This document shows positions 29,656-40,043 of a DNA stretch of 57,812 nt, piece after piece. A program made the translations under genes and the position numbers. This DNA is from Povalibacter sp. (GTDB taxonomy: Bacteria > Pseudomonadota > Gammaproteobacteria > Steroidobacterales > Steroidobacteraceae). Under the pieces are notes generated by a model. It worked only from the letters and a program-made list of their open reading frames with translations. It was not told where the DNA came from and searched no databases. The DNA lies in assembly GCA_045810085.1 (NCBI GenBank), contig JBJMWN010000346.1, forward strand, positions 1 through 57,812, written 5' to 3'. Positions within the stretch are counted from its first letter, which is position 1, and each line of letters begins with the position of its first letter.

Positions 29656-30120
29656 TCAGGAAGCGCTGTAGTTCTCCGAATGGACGTCGGCCGGAGCTGC
29701 ACCTTGCATTCGAGCCTGTGCCCACTGCAACACCGGTTCGATTCGAGGTGAAATCAGCTTGAGCGCGGCCGCGTAATCGACCCATCGATATTCGTTGTGT
29801 TCAGGCCGACCGAGTTCTTCGATGACAGGTAACGTCACCGCACTCGTGCGAGTCTTTGCGATGTAGTAACGCGCGACCTTGCCACGACTGTACGGACCCG
29901 TCTCGGTGTGATCGTGGCCCCAACTGAAATCAAGATCCTCGATCAAAGACTCTTCACGTACTTCACGAATCGCGGCCGCAAGCGGTTCCTCACCGGGTTC
30001 GACCATTCCTTTTGGAAAGTCCCAGTGATTGAACGCGCGCAGAAGCAGAAAAAGCCAGCCTTCGGGGGTTTCGCGCACCACGACTACGCCGGCGGAGAGT
30101 CTCGTCGTTCGGGAGGGCAT
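29656..30120 (-). CDS. NUDIX hydrolase (Ap4A hydrolase-like)
   Basis: SAGVVV, WDFPKG.VEPGE....AAIREVREES Nudix box; ATG at 30120. Confidence 0.9.
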   Translation of the reverse strand: MPSRTTRLSAGVVVVRETPEGWLFLLLRAFNHWDFPKGMVEPGEEPLAAAIREVREESLIEDLDFSWGHDHTETGPYSRGKVARYYIAKTRTSAVTLPVIEELGRPEHNEYRWVDYAAALKLISPRIEPVLQWAQARMQGAAPADVHSENYSAS

Positions 30121-30262
30121 GTGGAGATTATAGCCAAGGCCGGCTCGCGTGAGCGGCGTGCACGAAATGAAAAGACGCGGTGCGAGAGCCCTCCACGCAT
30201 CCGCATAGATGCGTATTCGAACGGTGTATTCGCAACCTGTCCCAATAGCTCGCGCGATTTTC

Positions 30263-30277
30263 ATAGCCTATGCCTAT
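30263..30277. promoter_or_regulatory. LysR/OxyR autoregulatory site
   Basis: ATAG-cctatgc-CTAT upstream of oxyR; an additional ATAG lies at 30245. Confidence 0.6.
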
Positions 30278-30330
30278 GGGTACCGGCATGGCATCATCGT
30301 TCGACTCACACCGGCTCCCAGTTCTTACCC

Positions 30331-31221
30331 ATGAACCTCCGCGACCTGCGCTACTTTGTCGCTCTCGCTGATACGCGGCACTTCGGCAAGGCAGCCGAGC
30401 GTTCATTCGTGAGTCAGCCGACGCTCTCGGCACAGATCAAGAAGCTTGAGAACTATCTCGGCGTGCAGTTGATCGAACGCCAACCACGGAAGGTCACACT
30501 CACCGAGACGGGTCAGAAGATACTGCCGCTGGCACGACGAATACTTCAGGAAAGTGAGGAGATCGTTTCACTTGCGCGGCACGAGCACGACCCGCTCTCG
30601 GGCAAGCTGAAGGTCGCGCTGATTCCGACCATTGGCCCTTACTTACTGCCACTGGTCACGCGCAAGCTGCGTAAACAACTGCCTGCACTCAAGCTGATGC
30701 TCTACGAATATCAGACTGAGCCACTGCTCGAGCGTTTGCGTGAAGGCGAGATCGAACTCGGCATCCTCGCACTGCCCGTCCCTTACGACGGACTCGAGAC
30801 ACGCGAGTTGTATCAGGAAGCCTTTACCGTCGCCGTGCCGCATCAACATGCTTTGGCTAAGAAACAGAGTGTGAAGCTCGACGATCTCACGGGCGAGAAT
30901 CTGCTGTTGCTCGAGGACGGGCATTGTCTGCGCGATCAGGCCCTGGACGTTTGCAGCAAGATCGACGTGAAAGAGAACGAGGACTATCGCGCAACCAGTC
31001 TCGAAACTTTGCGGCAGATGGTCGCAGCGGGACTCGGCATTACACTTCTTCCAGAGCTTGCGACGCGCGGGCCATTCGGCTCAGGTCATGGCTTGGCCGT
31101 GAAGTCTTTCGCGCGACCCATTCCTACTCGAACCGTCGGTGCGGTCTGGCGCAAGAGCAGTGCGCGGTCCGATGCGATCAACGCCATCTGCGAAGTCATT
31201 CGCAGCACGATGGTCGAGTGA
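30331..31221 (+). CDS. oxyR: Hydrogen peroxide sensor OxyR (LysR family)
   Basis: MNLRDL.Y.VA, HF..AA...FVSQPTLS, LLEDGHCLRDQALDVC (two redox cysteines), ATSLETLRQMV. Confidence 0.96.
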   Translation: MNLRDLRYFVALADTRHFGKAAERSFVSQPTLSAQIKKLENYLGVQLIERQPRKVTLTETGQKILPLARRILQESEEIVSLARHEHDPLSGKLKVALIPTIGPYLLPLVTRKLRKQLPALKLMLYEYQTEPLLERLREGEIELGILALPVPYDGLETRELYQEAFTVAVPHQHALAKKQSVKLDDLTGENLLLLEDGHCLRDQALDVCSKIDVKENEDYRATSLETLRQMVAAGLGITLLPELATRGPFGSGHGLAVKSFARPIPTRTVGAVWRKSSARSDAINAICEVIRSTMVE

Positions 31222-31225
31222 AAGC

Positions 31226-31648
31226 ATGCGACTTCGCGCGTGCTGGGTCATCACTGCGCTGCTGCTATCTGCTTGCGGCGGTTCGAAATCCGGAATCGAG
31301 ATTCGCGATGCCTGGTCGCCTTCCACACCGCCCGGTGCAACCGTACTGGCGATCTACGCCACGATAACGGCACACAGCGACGACACCTTGGTGAGTGTCA
31401 CCACGCCGATCGCACGCGAAGCGCAGCTGCATTCGACAGTGGAGGAGAACGGCATGATGAAAATGCGTCCCGTCACTGAGCTTCATCTCAAGGCCGGTGA
31501 GACGTTGAAGCTGGAGCCCGGCGGCATGCATCTCATGTTGGTGGATCCGGACACCTCGCGTGCCGCGGATTCGCCCATTCCGTTGGCTTTCCACTTCGAG
31601 CATGCGGGCAATGTCTACATCACTGCGTCGGTAAAGAAACCAGATTGA
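31226..31648 (+). CDS. Copper chaperone PCu(A)C lipoprotein
   Basis: LSAC lipobox, LHST...GMMKM, LEPGGMHLML. Confidence 0.88.
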   Translation: MRLRACWVITALLLSACGGSKSGIEIRDAWSPSTPPGATVLAIYATITAHSDDTLVSVTTPIAREAQLHSTVEENGMMKMRPVTELHLKAGETLKLEPGGMHLMLVDPDTSRAADSPIPLAFHFEHAGNVYITASVKKPD

Positions 31649-31688
31649 AGACAAGCGAACTACAGCAAGCCGCACACATATCTTTGCT

Positions 31689-32939
31689 ATGCCGTCTTCC
31701 TCCACTCCACCCAGCCTCGGCGATCTGCACGATGAGCAGATCGAAACGCTGCTGCGCAGTGGAGCTCATGCGGCATTGATGTCCGCCTATTTCGGCGACG
31801 TTGCCTATCGCGAGCTGAGTCACCTTGCCAAGCTCGCCGCCATACGACGTGATGAGCGCGGGCCGAGCGTCTTCATCCTGCCAGGCATCATGGGTTCGCG
31901 GCTCGGACGCTCGCCCCAACACGCAGGCGAAATATGGCTGCATCCAGCCGCTGTTGCCGAAGGTTCACTGGCGGAACTTCGATTGCCTTCTGCATCGCTC
32001 CATGCCGTCGGGATCATGTTGCCGGGTTACCTGAAGCTGAAGCTTTCGTTGGAGATCGCAGGTTTCCGTCCCGTCTTTCATCCGTTCGACTGGCGCAGCG
32101 ATCTCATTGAGCTGGGACGCGAGCTGTTGCAAAGCATCCGTGCATCGGGCGAACGACGCGTCATGGTGATCGCGCACAGTATGGGCGGACTCGTCGCACG
32201 AGCTGCGTTGGGACAAGACGCTGATCTGCAGATTGCCAAGCTCGTGCAACTCGGTGCTCCCAATGCGGGATCGTATGCACCGGTGCAGGCGATGCGAGCT
32301 GTGTATCCGACTGTTCGCAAAATCGCGGCACTGGATCGACTGCATTCCGCTGAGGATCTGGTGCGCAACGTCTTTCTCACCCTGCCTGGGCTCTACCAGT
32401 TGTTGCCTGCGCTCGAGCAGGACTTCTTCGATCCGAAGATGTGGCCGCGCGATGAGCTCGCTCCCAATCCCAACCTGCTGCGACAGGCTCGTGCATCGCG
32501 CGAGCAACTTGCTGCCTCCGATGAGCGCTGCTTTCTGATTGCAGGCGTCAATCAGGAAACCATCGTGTCGGCTCAGCTACGCGATTCACAACTCGAGTAC
32601 ACGGTGCGTCGTGCAGGTGATGGCACCGTGTCGCTTGCATCCGCGCATTGGAAAGGCGCGCGCACCTGGTACGTCGCCGAAAATCACGGTGGCCTCACGA
32701 ATAACAACATCGTGCTGGCCGCGATCGATGACATCCTGCGGCATGGAGACACTCAGCGTTTATCGACACACGCGCCTGCAGAGGATCGTAGTTTCACGCG
32801 ACAAGTGACTGATGCTGAGCTGCGTCGTCAGGCAGTTCAGAAGGTGCGATGGGAATCGCTGTCACTCGATAGTCGCCGACGCATTCTCGATCCGGTGTTT
32901 ACGATCGAGTTCCAGGCGGCCGCTGCTGCCTTGGATTGA
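31689..32939 (+). CDS. Alpha/beta hydrolase (lipase/acyltransferase-like)
   Basis: LPGIMGS, FDWR, AHSMGG nucleophile, LGAPN.GS, GDGTV, H. Confidence 0.85.
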   Translation: MPSSSTPPSLGDLHDEQIETLLRSGAHAALMSAYFGDVAYRELSHLAKLAAIRRDERGPSVFILPGIMGSRLGRSPQHAGEIWLHPAAVAEGSLAELRLPSASLHAVGIMLPGYLKLKLSLEIAGFRPVFHPFDWRSDLIELGRELLQSIRASGERRVMVIAHSMGGLVARAALGQDADLQIAKLVQLGAPNAGSYAPVQAMRAVYPTVRKIAALDRLHSAEDLVRNVFLTLPGLYQLLPALEQDFFDPKMWPRDELAPNPNLLRQARASREQLAASDERCFLIAGVNQETIVSAQLRDSQLEYTVRRAGDGTVSLASAHWKGARTWYVAENHGGLTNNNIVLAAIDDILRHGDTQRLSTHAPAEDRSFTRQVTDAELRRQAVQKVRWESLSLDSRRRILDPVFTIEFQAAAAALD

Positions 32940-33087
32940 TTACGTAAAGACGAGCGCGATCAGCTCACGTATTTCACGTGGAAGTGCATTCAACTCTCCA
33001 CGTAATTCTCCCGCATGACTCAAGCGGGAACTCCCCGGGACGATACATAGGTCAGATCCTGCTGCATTCATATGCAGCTCTCTGTCC

Positions 33088-33954
33088 TTGCGTTTCGAAG
33101 GAGCGAAGTTGCCTCTCTCGTTGCCATCTGCTCGAAGTGTCCGACGCGTTGCTGTTGCAGCGACCGCGTGCATATTGAGCAGCTGCGGTGGTGGCGGTGG
33201 CAGCAACACCGGGCCCACATCCGCGCCTTCTTCGGTCTCGAACGATCGGCCGATCTCGCAAAGCAATCTCGAAATCGCGCAGACGCTGTACAGCGGCACG
33301 CCCCGCACACCGACCGGCTTTTTCAAAGATGAAATCCTGGCCGACCAGATTCAGACGACGGTTCACCTCAAGAACACAGACATCGACGATTCACTGGCTG
33401 CACCCATGCCGCAGTACGAGCTGTGCACGGACGATTGGAACCAGGCACTCGACTGGTCGGAGAGTCACGCAGCGCAAGCATCGCAATACGCAGACTTGGT
33501 TGACACCAAAACAACTGCGGATTTTTTCGAGTTCGATCGATTTCGAACCGGCACTCCTGAAACCTATGTGCGTGAGCGAGTCTTCAAGTGCACGTACGTC
33601 GATCGCTCGACCGCTGACTTGCGATCACCGCAAGGCTCCGCCGGTCACTTGAACCGCCGACCGCTCACCGCGGCTGAACTCCAATCACTGGTTGAGTATC
33701 TCTGGCAGTTCACGAGCTACAACAACTTCGGACACGCGGTCCTGCAGAGCAGCGCATCCAAAGATTCACTCAGTCATACGTTGTTTATCGCGAACCTGAC
33801 TCGTGCCGGAGTATCCGCATCCTGCGATCGCGTCGAGGTGATCGCATGGCGTCATACCGCGAATGCGAATGGCGAGTTGAACCTGGATATCGAGGCACTC
33901 TTCAGCTTCGGTGCTCGGGAGAGCGCTGGTGTGACTTCGCTGTGTTCGGGATGA
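33088..33954 (+). CDS. Hypothetical lipoprotein
   Basis: LSSC followed by a Gly/Ser linker; protein-like composition; start codon uncertain. Confidence 0.7.
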   Translation: MRFEGAKLPLSLPSARSVRRVAVAATACILSSCGGGGGSNTGPTSAPSSVSNDRPISQSNLEIAQTLYSGTPRTPTGFFKDEILADQIQTTVHLKNTDIDDSLAAPMPQYELCTDDWNQALDWSESHAAQASQYADLVDTKTTADFFEFDRFRTGTPETYVRERVFKCTYVDRSTADLRSPQGSAGHLNRRPLTAAELQSLVEYLWQFTSYNNFGHAVLQSSASKDSLSHTLFIANLTRAGVSASCDRVEVIAWRHTANANGELNLDIEALFSFGARESAGVTSLCSG

Positions 33955-33960
33955 TGACTG

Positions 33961-34056
33961 GCCGCAAAAAGGCGCAAAGGGCGCATAGGCAGAACGAAGC
34001 AGGGAAATCGATGCTCAGCCACCTTTAGTTTTGTGCTCCATGCGCTTTTTTGCGGC
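33961..34056. repeat. GCCGCAAAAAGGCGCAAA-type inverted-repeat element, copy 3
   Basis: GCCGCAAAAAGGCGCAAAGG...ATGCGCTTTTTTGCGGC between convergent genes. Confidence 0.8.
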
Positions 34057-34063
34057 TGATCTC

Positions 34064-37000
34064 TTACTGACTCGGTCGCAATGAACTCAGCGACAAATCC
34101 TTGAAAGTGTCTTGGTCGGCTTTCATACGGAACTTGATGTAAGGACCCTGGGCTGTGTAGCGGCTGGCTTCGAAATCATCGTCGTGGAAGCCCGCGAAGT
34201 TGTAGCCGAGCGAAATCCAAATGTTCTTCGCGACAACGATTCCGATATCGGCACCCATCGACGTATCGCTCACACCTGCATCGACCGACTTCAGCAACGT
34301 GCCATGGAAGCCTACGTCGAAGCGATTCGTCAGATCGCGGCGAGCATCGAGCCCGTAGAGTGTGGACAGGCCATCGTAGCGCTCATCATCAAAAGTGCTG
34401 CGGACTTGCCGTGCGCCCAGTTGCAGACCGAGCTGCGTCCAGGGATTGAGCTGCCAGTTCGCGTTGAGATTGTTGATGGCGCGTGCAGATTCGAACTCAC
34501 CGAGTGTATCGCTGCGCGATTCCTGCTTCAGATCGAGACGGTTCAGCACAATCCACGCGCTGGTCGCGGGGCGATACGCCCATGATCCCTGGATATCGCT
34601 TGCTCGACTCGCAGTGCCGTTCGCACTCTTGCTGTCGTAAGCCTGTGTCGACAACGAGAAGGCGTGACCTGCGACGGGCTCGCGATACAGGCCTCCGGAA
34701 ATCACCCAACGATCCTCATCGTCCGACGTTCGGTTCTCCAGACGAGAATTGAAGGTCCACGATTCACCGCGATACAGAGCACCGGCGAATGAGGTAATGA
34801 AATCATTGCCGGGATTTCCCGAAGCAAACGGTGAATTTGCGTTCAGCGGTCGCATGCCATCTCCGCTCACGGTTCGGCTTTGATCCAGCCCTAAATCCAG
34901 ACTCCAGCGCTCGCTTGCCTGCCATCCCTGCGTCAAGCCCATGTTCGCGAACACACGCGGACCATATTCCGTTGCTTGCTGGCTCAGGCTCGACTGAATT
35001 TGAGCGCGCTGCCAGGGCGCAGTACGAACACCGACGCGCGTCATATCTGCATCGAACTGCGCGCCGTGCGCGTGCTCGTACTCCGTGAAGAAGGTGGTGT
35101 TGGGTCGAAAGTGATAGTCGAGACCTACCACAGAGCGCGCTGGGTAATCGACGCTCGCATTTTTTCCTCCGAGCGGAAGATCCTGCGATGCTCGCAGCGT
35201 AATCAGGTCATGCAACAGATCGAGACTGCCCGTGAGGAATACCTGTTCGGATTCATTGTGCGTCTCTGATTCATCGGCAGCGACGATGTCATCGGCAACG
35301 TGCCGCGCACCCAGACCCAACGTGTAGTCGTCCATTTCGCGGCGCAATTCCGTGCTGATGAGATCGCGCTGTGAACCTGACTCCAGCATCTGCTGACGGT
35401 ACGTCTCGCCTTCGAGCATCATGTGCTCGGAGAATCGATAGCGCCCATCAACGCCCAATTTTCGCGTGCCTTCTTCCGAGCGTAATTGCTGACCCACGCC
35501 GAAACCCGCCTGCTGTTCCCGCACATATGCGCGCGCATCGACTTTTTCTGTCACGTGCTGAAGTTCGGTGAGATAAGCGGCCGCTGAGTCGTTACTCGCC
35601 GGATCATCGGACTCGCTGCGAGCGAGCTCGGCTTTGAGCTCCGTCGTCGGCGCCATCTGCCAACGAAAGTCAGTGCCCGCCACTCGCGTATCGCCGCTCG
35701 CCGCGCCCTGCTGAATGTAGCTTGCACCCACCTCGACATCATCGTTGGCGAACTTGAGTGATGCGCGACCACCGGCAGTCACTTGCGACTTGCCTCCATT
35801 CAGCACTTCATACTCGGCAATGATGTAGGTCGGATTGAAATTGTGATCGCGGCTCGGCACCGGCTGTTTGAAAAAGAGCGTGCCATTGAGGTAGTCGATG
35901 TCGTAATCGATGTAGCGTGTCAGCTCGCGTGTTTCGACCATCAGCTCGCTTCGAAAACGATCTCGCACTTCGATTCGAATCTTGTCGCTATTGATGATCA
36001 GCGGCTTGCGCGAGAGTCGATACAGGCCCGATGTGCCATCGCCCTGCAGTTCATCCTTCACGTAGCCCTGCTCGGAATCCGCGGCGAAGGCGCTGTATCC
36101 GAAGTGCTCGCCTGCGTAGTCAGCCTTTACACCGGTAAAGGTCCGGCTGTAGCGCGTGAGCTCAGTCACGGTCAGCCCGGTTTCGAAATCGCCGATCAAT
36201 GCTGCGAACTGACGTCTTTCGAGTTTGACGAACAGCTTGCGTGTGGTCGCGGCTTCGAAACGCTGCTCCGTCGCATCGCCATAGAGCGTGTAGAAACGGT
36301 CAGGCTCGATCACGCCGAGCAATCGATCCTTCGCTTCGTCTTTGTCGCGTGCAGAGTCGTACGCCAAGGTCAGGAGATACTCGCCTTTGATGGCGCCCTT
36401 CGCGAAGAACGCCATACGATTCGAATCGCCGTAGCCTTCCTGCAATCCTGCGTCCGCCGCCGACTGCATGTTCTGGCTGATGCTGTTGTAAGCGCTGGTA
36501 CCTTCCGCGATCCCGACGAGAATCCAGTCGCGCGCTTGCGGCTCCAGCCACACGCGAATTTCCTGCTCCTGGCGTTCACTGAGTTTCAAGTGAACAACAG
36601 CGGTGCCCGCCTGTGTCGTTGGATCAAGCTCGAGCCGCACCAGGCCATCTTCATCGACACTGAAGGTCGGCTCGCGAGGGCCGGTCGCAATCATTTTGTT
36701 GTCATCGAGCGATTCGACTTCCCACCAGGAGCGATACGGTGCATCGATGCTCCAGGCACCTAAGGTTCCAGGACGAGCAGGTTTTCCGGAAGCATCGATC
36801 ATTCGTAGCGCAATGACGGGATGGGTTCGGCCGTCCGCGATCAGCGTCGATGCGTCGCGAGCAATCTCCGCACGCACAGCACCCCCGGCGTAGTGAACAT
36901 GGCGCTCGAGAGTCGCGAGCTCCGTGTCAGAGTCATCAAGAACACGCGCGCTGAGTGTGTTATCGCCATCGCGAAGATCGACACCGCGCCAGCGACTCAC

Positions 37001-40000
37001 GGACTGAGTTCCTGCGCGATTCGTACTGACACCATCGAAGTTGAGCGGACTCACTCGCTGGCCGTTCACGGCGAGTTCGATTCGCTCGTGCGCCAGGTGA
37101 CGAATGACAATGCGCAAGCTCGGAATCGCGGGAATTTCGTTCTCGACCGGCAGAACCCAGCCGGTGCCTGGCTCAACGCTTTCCACGTCCATGTCAGCTT
37201 CAGCAATTGCCACTTGATGCGCGGTGTGCCTTGCTGGAGCAGCGACAGAAGTCCCCGCGAGAACGCCAACCGTTTCAACCGGCTCTGATTCCGCGCTGCC
37301 GTTCTTCACCGTCAGTTGCCCAGCGGCGACCACTCGCAAACCCTCGATCGAAATTTCCACCCGCCGATTCAGTGCGAGGCTTCCTGCGTCATGACCTTGC
37401 GCGAGCGGCTGATCAGCGCCGCGGCCCTCGACCTGAACCTGCGCCGGGTCGATCTTCAGGCGCTGGCTCAAGTAGTCCGCGACGGCCTGCGCGCGTGCAC
37501 GCGACAAGGCGTAATTGTCGGCATAGTTCACGCGATTGCGAGCGGCGATCAGGCTCGCATCGCTGTGACCAATCGCGACGAGCCGCAGACTGGTCACGCC
37601 TCGCCATTCATCGACAATCTTGTCGAGCTGCACGCGATCTGCCGCCTGAATGTTTGCATCGAGAACATCGAATCGCGGGCTGAAACGATACGACGCCGTC
37701 TCGTACAGCATCTCGCCACGCAACGCGGTGTTCTGGACGACCGCGGTGGATAGCCCGGTTTGCGAAGGCGTATCGAAGCGCGCGAGCGCTTTGAAATTGA
37801 GCGCACCGCTGCTGGAACTGTGTGATCGCGTATGAAAGCTCAGTGATGCGGGAACGGCGGCATCGAGATGTGCGAGTTTGAAGATGAGCACGCCCTCGTT
37901 GCTGACTGGATCGCCGATGCTCTTCGAGCCATCCGTCGCGCTACCGACTACGTATGAGAGCCCATCAGGCATCGAAACCTGCACTTGTGCATTCGTGATG
38001 CCCAAGCCGGTCGCATTTACTGTCGCTATGTGCTCGAGCTCATCCGGCTGAACAGCGCGCGTCTGGAATTTCAATGTCACGCCCCCTTTGGGGGGTTGCT
38101 GGCGTTCGAGCACGAAGTCGCCGCGCCACAGCGCACCGCCACGCACGTCAACAAACTGCGAGTAGGCTCGTCCTGCGTTGCGCACGCGATCGCTACATGC
38201 GAGGGCGAGATGCGTTGGCGGAATAGTGACCGTGTCCATCTGCACGACGTGAGATCCCGGCGCCACATCATCGAAATGATATTTGCCGTCTCTATCGGTC
38301 ACGGAGTACCGACCATCCTCGAGGTAGACGCGTACGCCTTCGACACCGGGTTGTTGATGGGCAAGCGAGCCGCAATTACCTTCAACCACTCGGCCCATCA
38401 GAATCGCACGTTCGCGAAACAGTTCTTCGCGCAGTTGAATCGTGGCCTGTGCGACATTGGAGCCAACACCATCGCTCGCGATTGCCTGCGCTGCATTGAC
38501 CAGTTGTTTTCCATGAGCGCCGACCGTGATCTCCACGACGTAGCGCAGATCAGCTCGCTGCCCCGCGCCAAGTGTGTTCAACGTAAAGGTCAGGGTTTGA
38601 CCATCTGCTGAGATCTCGGGATCGCTCGTCGGCTCAGTGCCGAGGCGCGCTGAACCTTTGCGATAGCGAGCTCCCTGCGGCAGGTGATCGAGAACTTTGA
38701 TGCGCGGAACTGCGGCTTTCGAAGTGTTTTCGACTGCGAGCGTGTACTGAACGAAATCACCCACGGCTGCAACGGTCGTCGTCGTGCTCTTTTGCAAGAA
38801 CAGCTGAGTGGGCGCTGGGTCGACAGGGACATCGAGAGCGAACGTCGGTTGCGCATCGATCGTGAACGCGCGACCGAAGGATCCATCGGAAATTCGAAAC
38901 GGTGCGCCAGGAACCAACGCGAGTTGGGTTGCATCCTGGGTTGATGGGAATGCATGTCCCGCGGGCGGAATGACTTCCACCTTGTAGCTGCCTGGCGCGA
39001 CCAACGGAAATCGGAACACACCGGCGGGCAACATGTAGACAGTGCCACTTGAATCGGTCACTGCCTCACCCGTGATCATCTCGGCGGGATAGCGACTCTT
39101 GCCGTCATCCCCAAACACTTCCGCATCGGTGCCGGTGATCGTGTTCACCAATCTCACACGTGCGCCAGCGACCGGCTGACCTGTGCTCGAATTGAAGATC
39201 AGGCCATACGGATCGACAAGCGCCGTCGCGCTACTGACGTCGCGCGCGTCTGCAGGATCAACGTACTCCGAACGAATGGCCGCATTACGTTCGACATCGA
39301 GCACGCAGTTGCCGACGGACGCAGCACCTGCATGCGTCTGAATGAAGCCGATAAAGACCCCTGTATCGTCACCCGATTCTGCCAGTCGCAACTCTTCGCG
39401 ATCGCCAGAAGGTGTGCTCAGACGCACTCGAACGTAGTCGATGGCTGCTGCATCGAGATTTTGATCTGCGTCGGTGAGTCGAAGGAATACAGCCTCACCG
39501 CCGTGAAGCGTGGAAGCGAGCGTGAGAGCCACGGGCTGATTCAGGTCGAGCACTTGCCCGGACGCCTGTATCGGTTGCGACAACGTCATCGTGCCGTTCG
39601 CGCTTCGGCATTCAGTCGCTGAGACTTTCATGCTGCTGTCCGCCGCGGACGAACGCAGTAATGCAAGAGACGAAGAACTGGCGGGAGGTGAAACAGTCGC
39701 GACGACAGCATTGCTGTTCACGATGCTGGTTGTTCCCGCGCCGTACGAAACAGTGGCGACGTTGCGAATCTGCGTGCCGACAGGAGTCGCCGACTGTGCA
39801 TGCGCTCGCATTGGCGCAGCCGTCATGCACGCGGCGAACAAGGTCGCGATCGTGACGAATCGCTTGATCAGCCCGATCGGGCTAATAGGAAATCCTGTTG
39901 AAGCTTGTGCCTCAAACGCGGCGAGGGCGGGACAGCTATTCGCCATCCCGCCCACTCCGTGTTTCGCAGCTTCAAAGGAGCGATCGTGCATCAGCTCACA

Positions 40001-40018
40001 TCCATGAACCCACTGCAC
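34064..40018 (-). CDS. Giant outer-membrane protein: N-terminal Ig/DUF11 domains, internal OmpA-like peptidoglycan-binding domain, C-terminal beta-barrel-like region
   Basis: Signal peptide (..AHA/QS), DUF11 motif (LQKS..VGDFVQYTL.V.N..D.LP), GHSD..NYALSRARA..NRRVE, long region of alternating beta-strands ending LGYNFAGF..GPYIKFRMK; exact start uncertain. Confidence 0.88.
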   Translation of the reverse strand: MQWVHGCELMHDRSFEAAKHGVGGMANSCPALAAFEAQASTGFPISPIGLIKRFVTIATLFAACMTAAPMRAHAQSATPVGTQIRNVATVSYGAGTTSIVNSNAVVATVSPPASSSSLALLRSSAADSSMKVSATECRSANGTMTLSQPIQASGQVLDLNQPVALTLASTLHGGEAVFLRLTDADQNLDAAAIDYVRVRLSTPSGDREELRLAESGDDTGVFIGFIQTHAGAASVGNCVLDVERNAAIRSEYVDPADARDVSSATALVDPYGLIFNSSTGQPVAGARVRLVNTITGTDAEVFGDDGKSRYPAEMITGEAVTDSSGTVYMLPAGVFRFPLVAPGSYKVEVIPPAGHAFPSTQDATQLALVPGAPFRISDGSFGRAFTIDAQPTFALDVPVDPAPTQLFLQKSTTTTVAAVGDFVQYTLAVENTSKAAVPRIKVLDHLPQGARYRKGSARLGTEPTSDPEISADGQTLTFTLNTLGAGQRADLRYVVEITVGAHGKQLVNAAQAIASDGVGSNVAQATIQLREELFRERAILMGRVVEGNCGSLAHQQPGVEGVRVYLEDGRYSVTDRDGKYHFDDVAPGSHVVQMDTVTIPPTHLALACSDRVRNAGRAYSQFVDVRGGALWRGDFVLERQQPPKGGVTLKFQTRAVQPDELEHIATVNATGLGITNAQVQVSMPDGLSYVVGSATDGSKSIGDPVSNEGVLIFKLAHLDAAVPASLSFHTRSHSSSSGALNFKALARFDTPSQTGLSTAVVQNTALRGEMLYETASYRFSPRFDVLDANIQAADRVQLDKIVDEWRGVTSLRLVAIGHSDASLIAARNRVNYADNYALSRARAQAVADYLSQRLKIDPAQVQVEGRGADQPLAQGHDAGSLALNRRVEISIEGLRVVAAGQLTVKNGSAESEPVETVGVLAGTSVAAPARHTAHQVAIAEADMDVESVEPGTGWVLPVENEIPAIPSLRIVIRHLAHERIELAVNGQRVSPLNFDGVSTNRAGTQSVSRWRGVDLRDGDNTLSARVLDDSDTELATLERHVHYAGGAVRAEIARDASTLIADGRTHPVIALRMIDASGKPARPGTLGAWSIDAPYRSWWEVESLDDNKMIATGPREPTFSVDEDGLVRLELDPTTQAGTAVVHLKLSERQEQEIRVWLEPQARDWILVGIAEGTSAYNSISQNMQSAADAGLQEGYGDSNRMAFFAKGAIKGEYLLTLAYDSARDKDEAKDRLLGVIEPDRFYTLYGDATEQRFEAATTRKLFVKLERRQFAALIGDFETGLTVTELTRYSRTFTGVKADYAGEHFGYSAFAADSEQGYVKDELQGDGTSGLYRLSRKPLIINSDKIRIEVRDRFRSELMVETRELTRYIDYDIDYLNGTLFFKQPVPSRDHNFNPTYIIAEYEVLNGGKSQVTAGGRASLKFANDDVEVGASYIQQGAASGDTRVAGTDFRWQMAPTTELKAELARSESDDPASNDSAAAYLTELQHVTEKVDARAYVREQQAGFGVGQQLRSEEGTRKLGVDGRYRFSEHMMLEGETYRQQMLESGSQRDLISTELRREMDDYTLGLGARHVADDIVAADESETHNESEQVFLTGSLDLLHDLITLRASQDLPLGGKNASVDYPARSVVGLDYHFRPNTTFFTEYEHAHGAQFDADMTRVGVRTAPWQRAQIQSSLSQQATEYGPRVFANMGLTQGWQASERWSLDLGLDQSRTVSGDGMRPLNANSPFASGNPGNDFITSFAGALYRGESWTFNSRLENRTSDDEDRWVISGGLYREPVAGHAFSLSTQAYDSKSANGTASRASDIQGSWAYRPATSAWIVLNRLDLKQESRSDTLGEFESARAINNLNANWQLNPWTQLGLQLGARQVRSTFDDERYDGLSTLYGLDARRDLTNRFDVGFHGTLLKSVDAGVSDTSMGADIGIVVAKNIWISLGYNFAGFHDDDFEASRYTAQGPYIKFRMKADQDTFKDLSLSSLRPSQ

Positions 40019-40043
40019 TTCGCGAGTAAGTGATGCATGTGAC

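Noticed and set aside
29908-30330. 141-aa N-terminal extension of OxyR in the ORF track
   Set aside because: It overlaps the NUDIX gene; the canonical start MNLRDL is at 30331.
33027-33056. Sigma-E-like promoter GGAACT...TCAGA before the hypothetical lipoprotein
   Set aside because: The spacer is about 2 nt too long for the consensus.
35783-36763. 326-aa + strand ORF inside the giant outer-membrane gene
   Set aside because: Antisense shadow with no recognisable domain.
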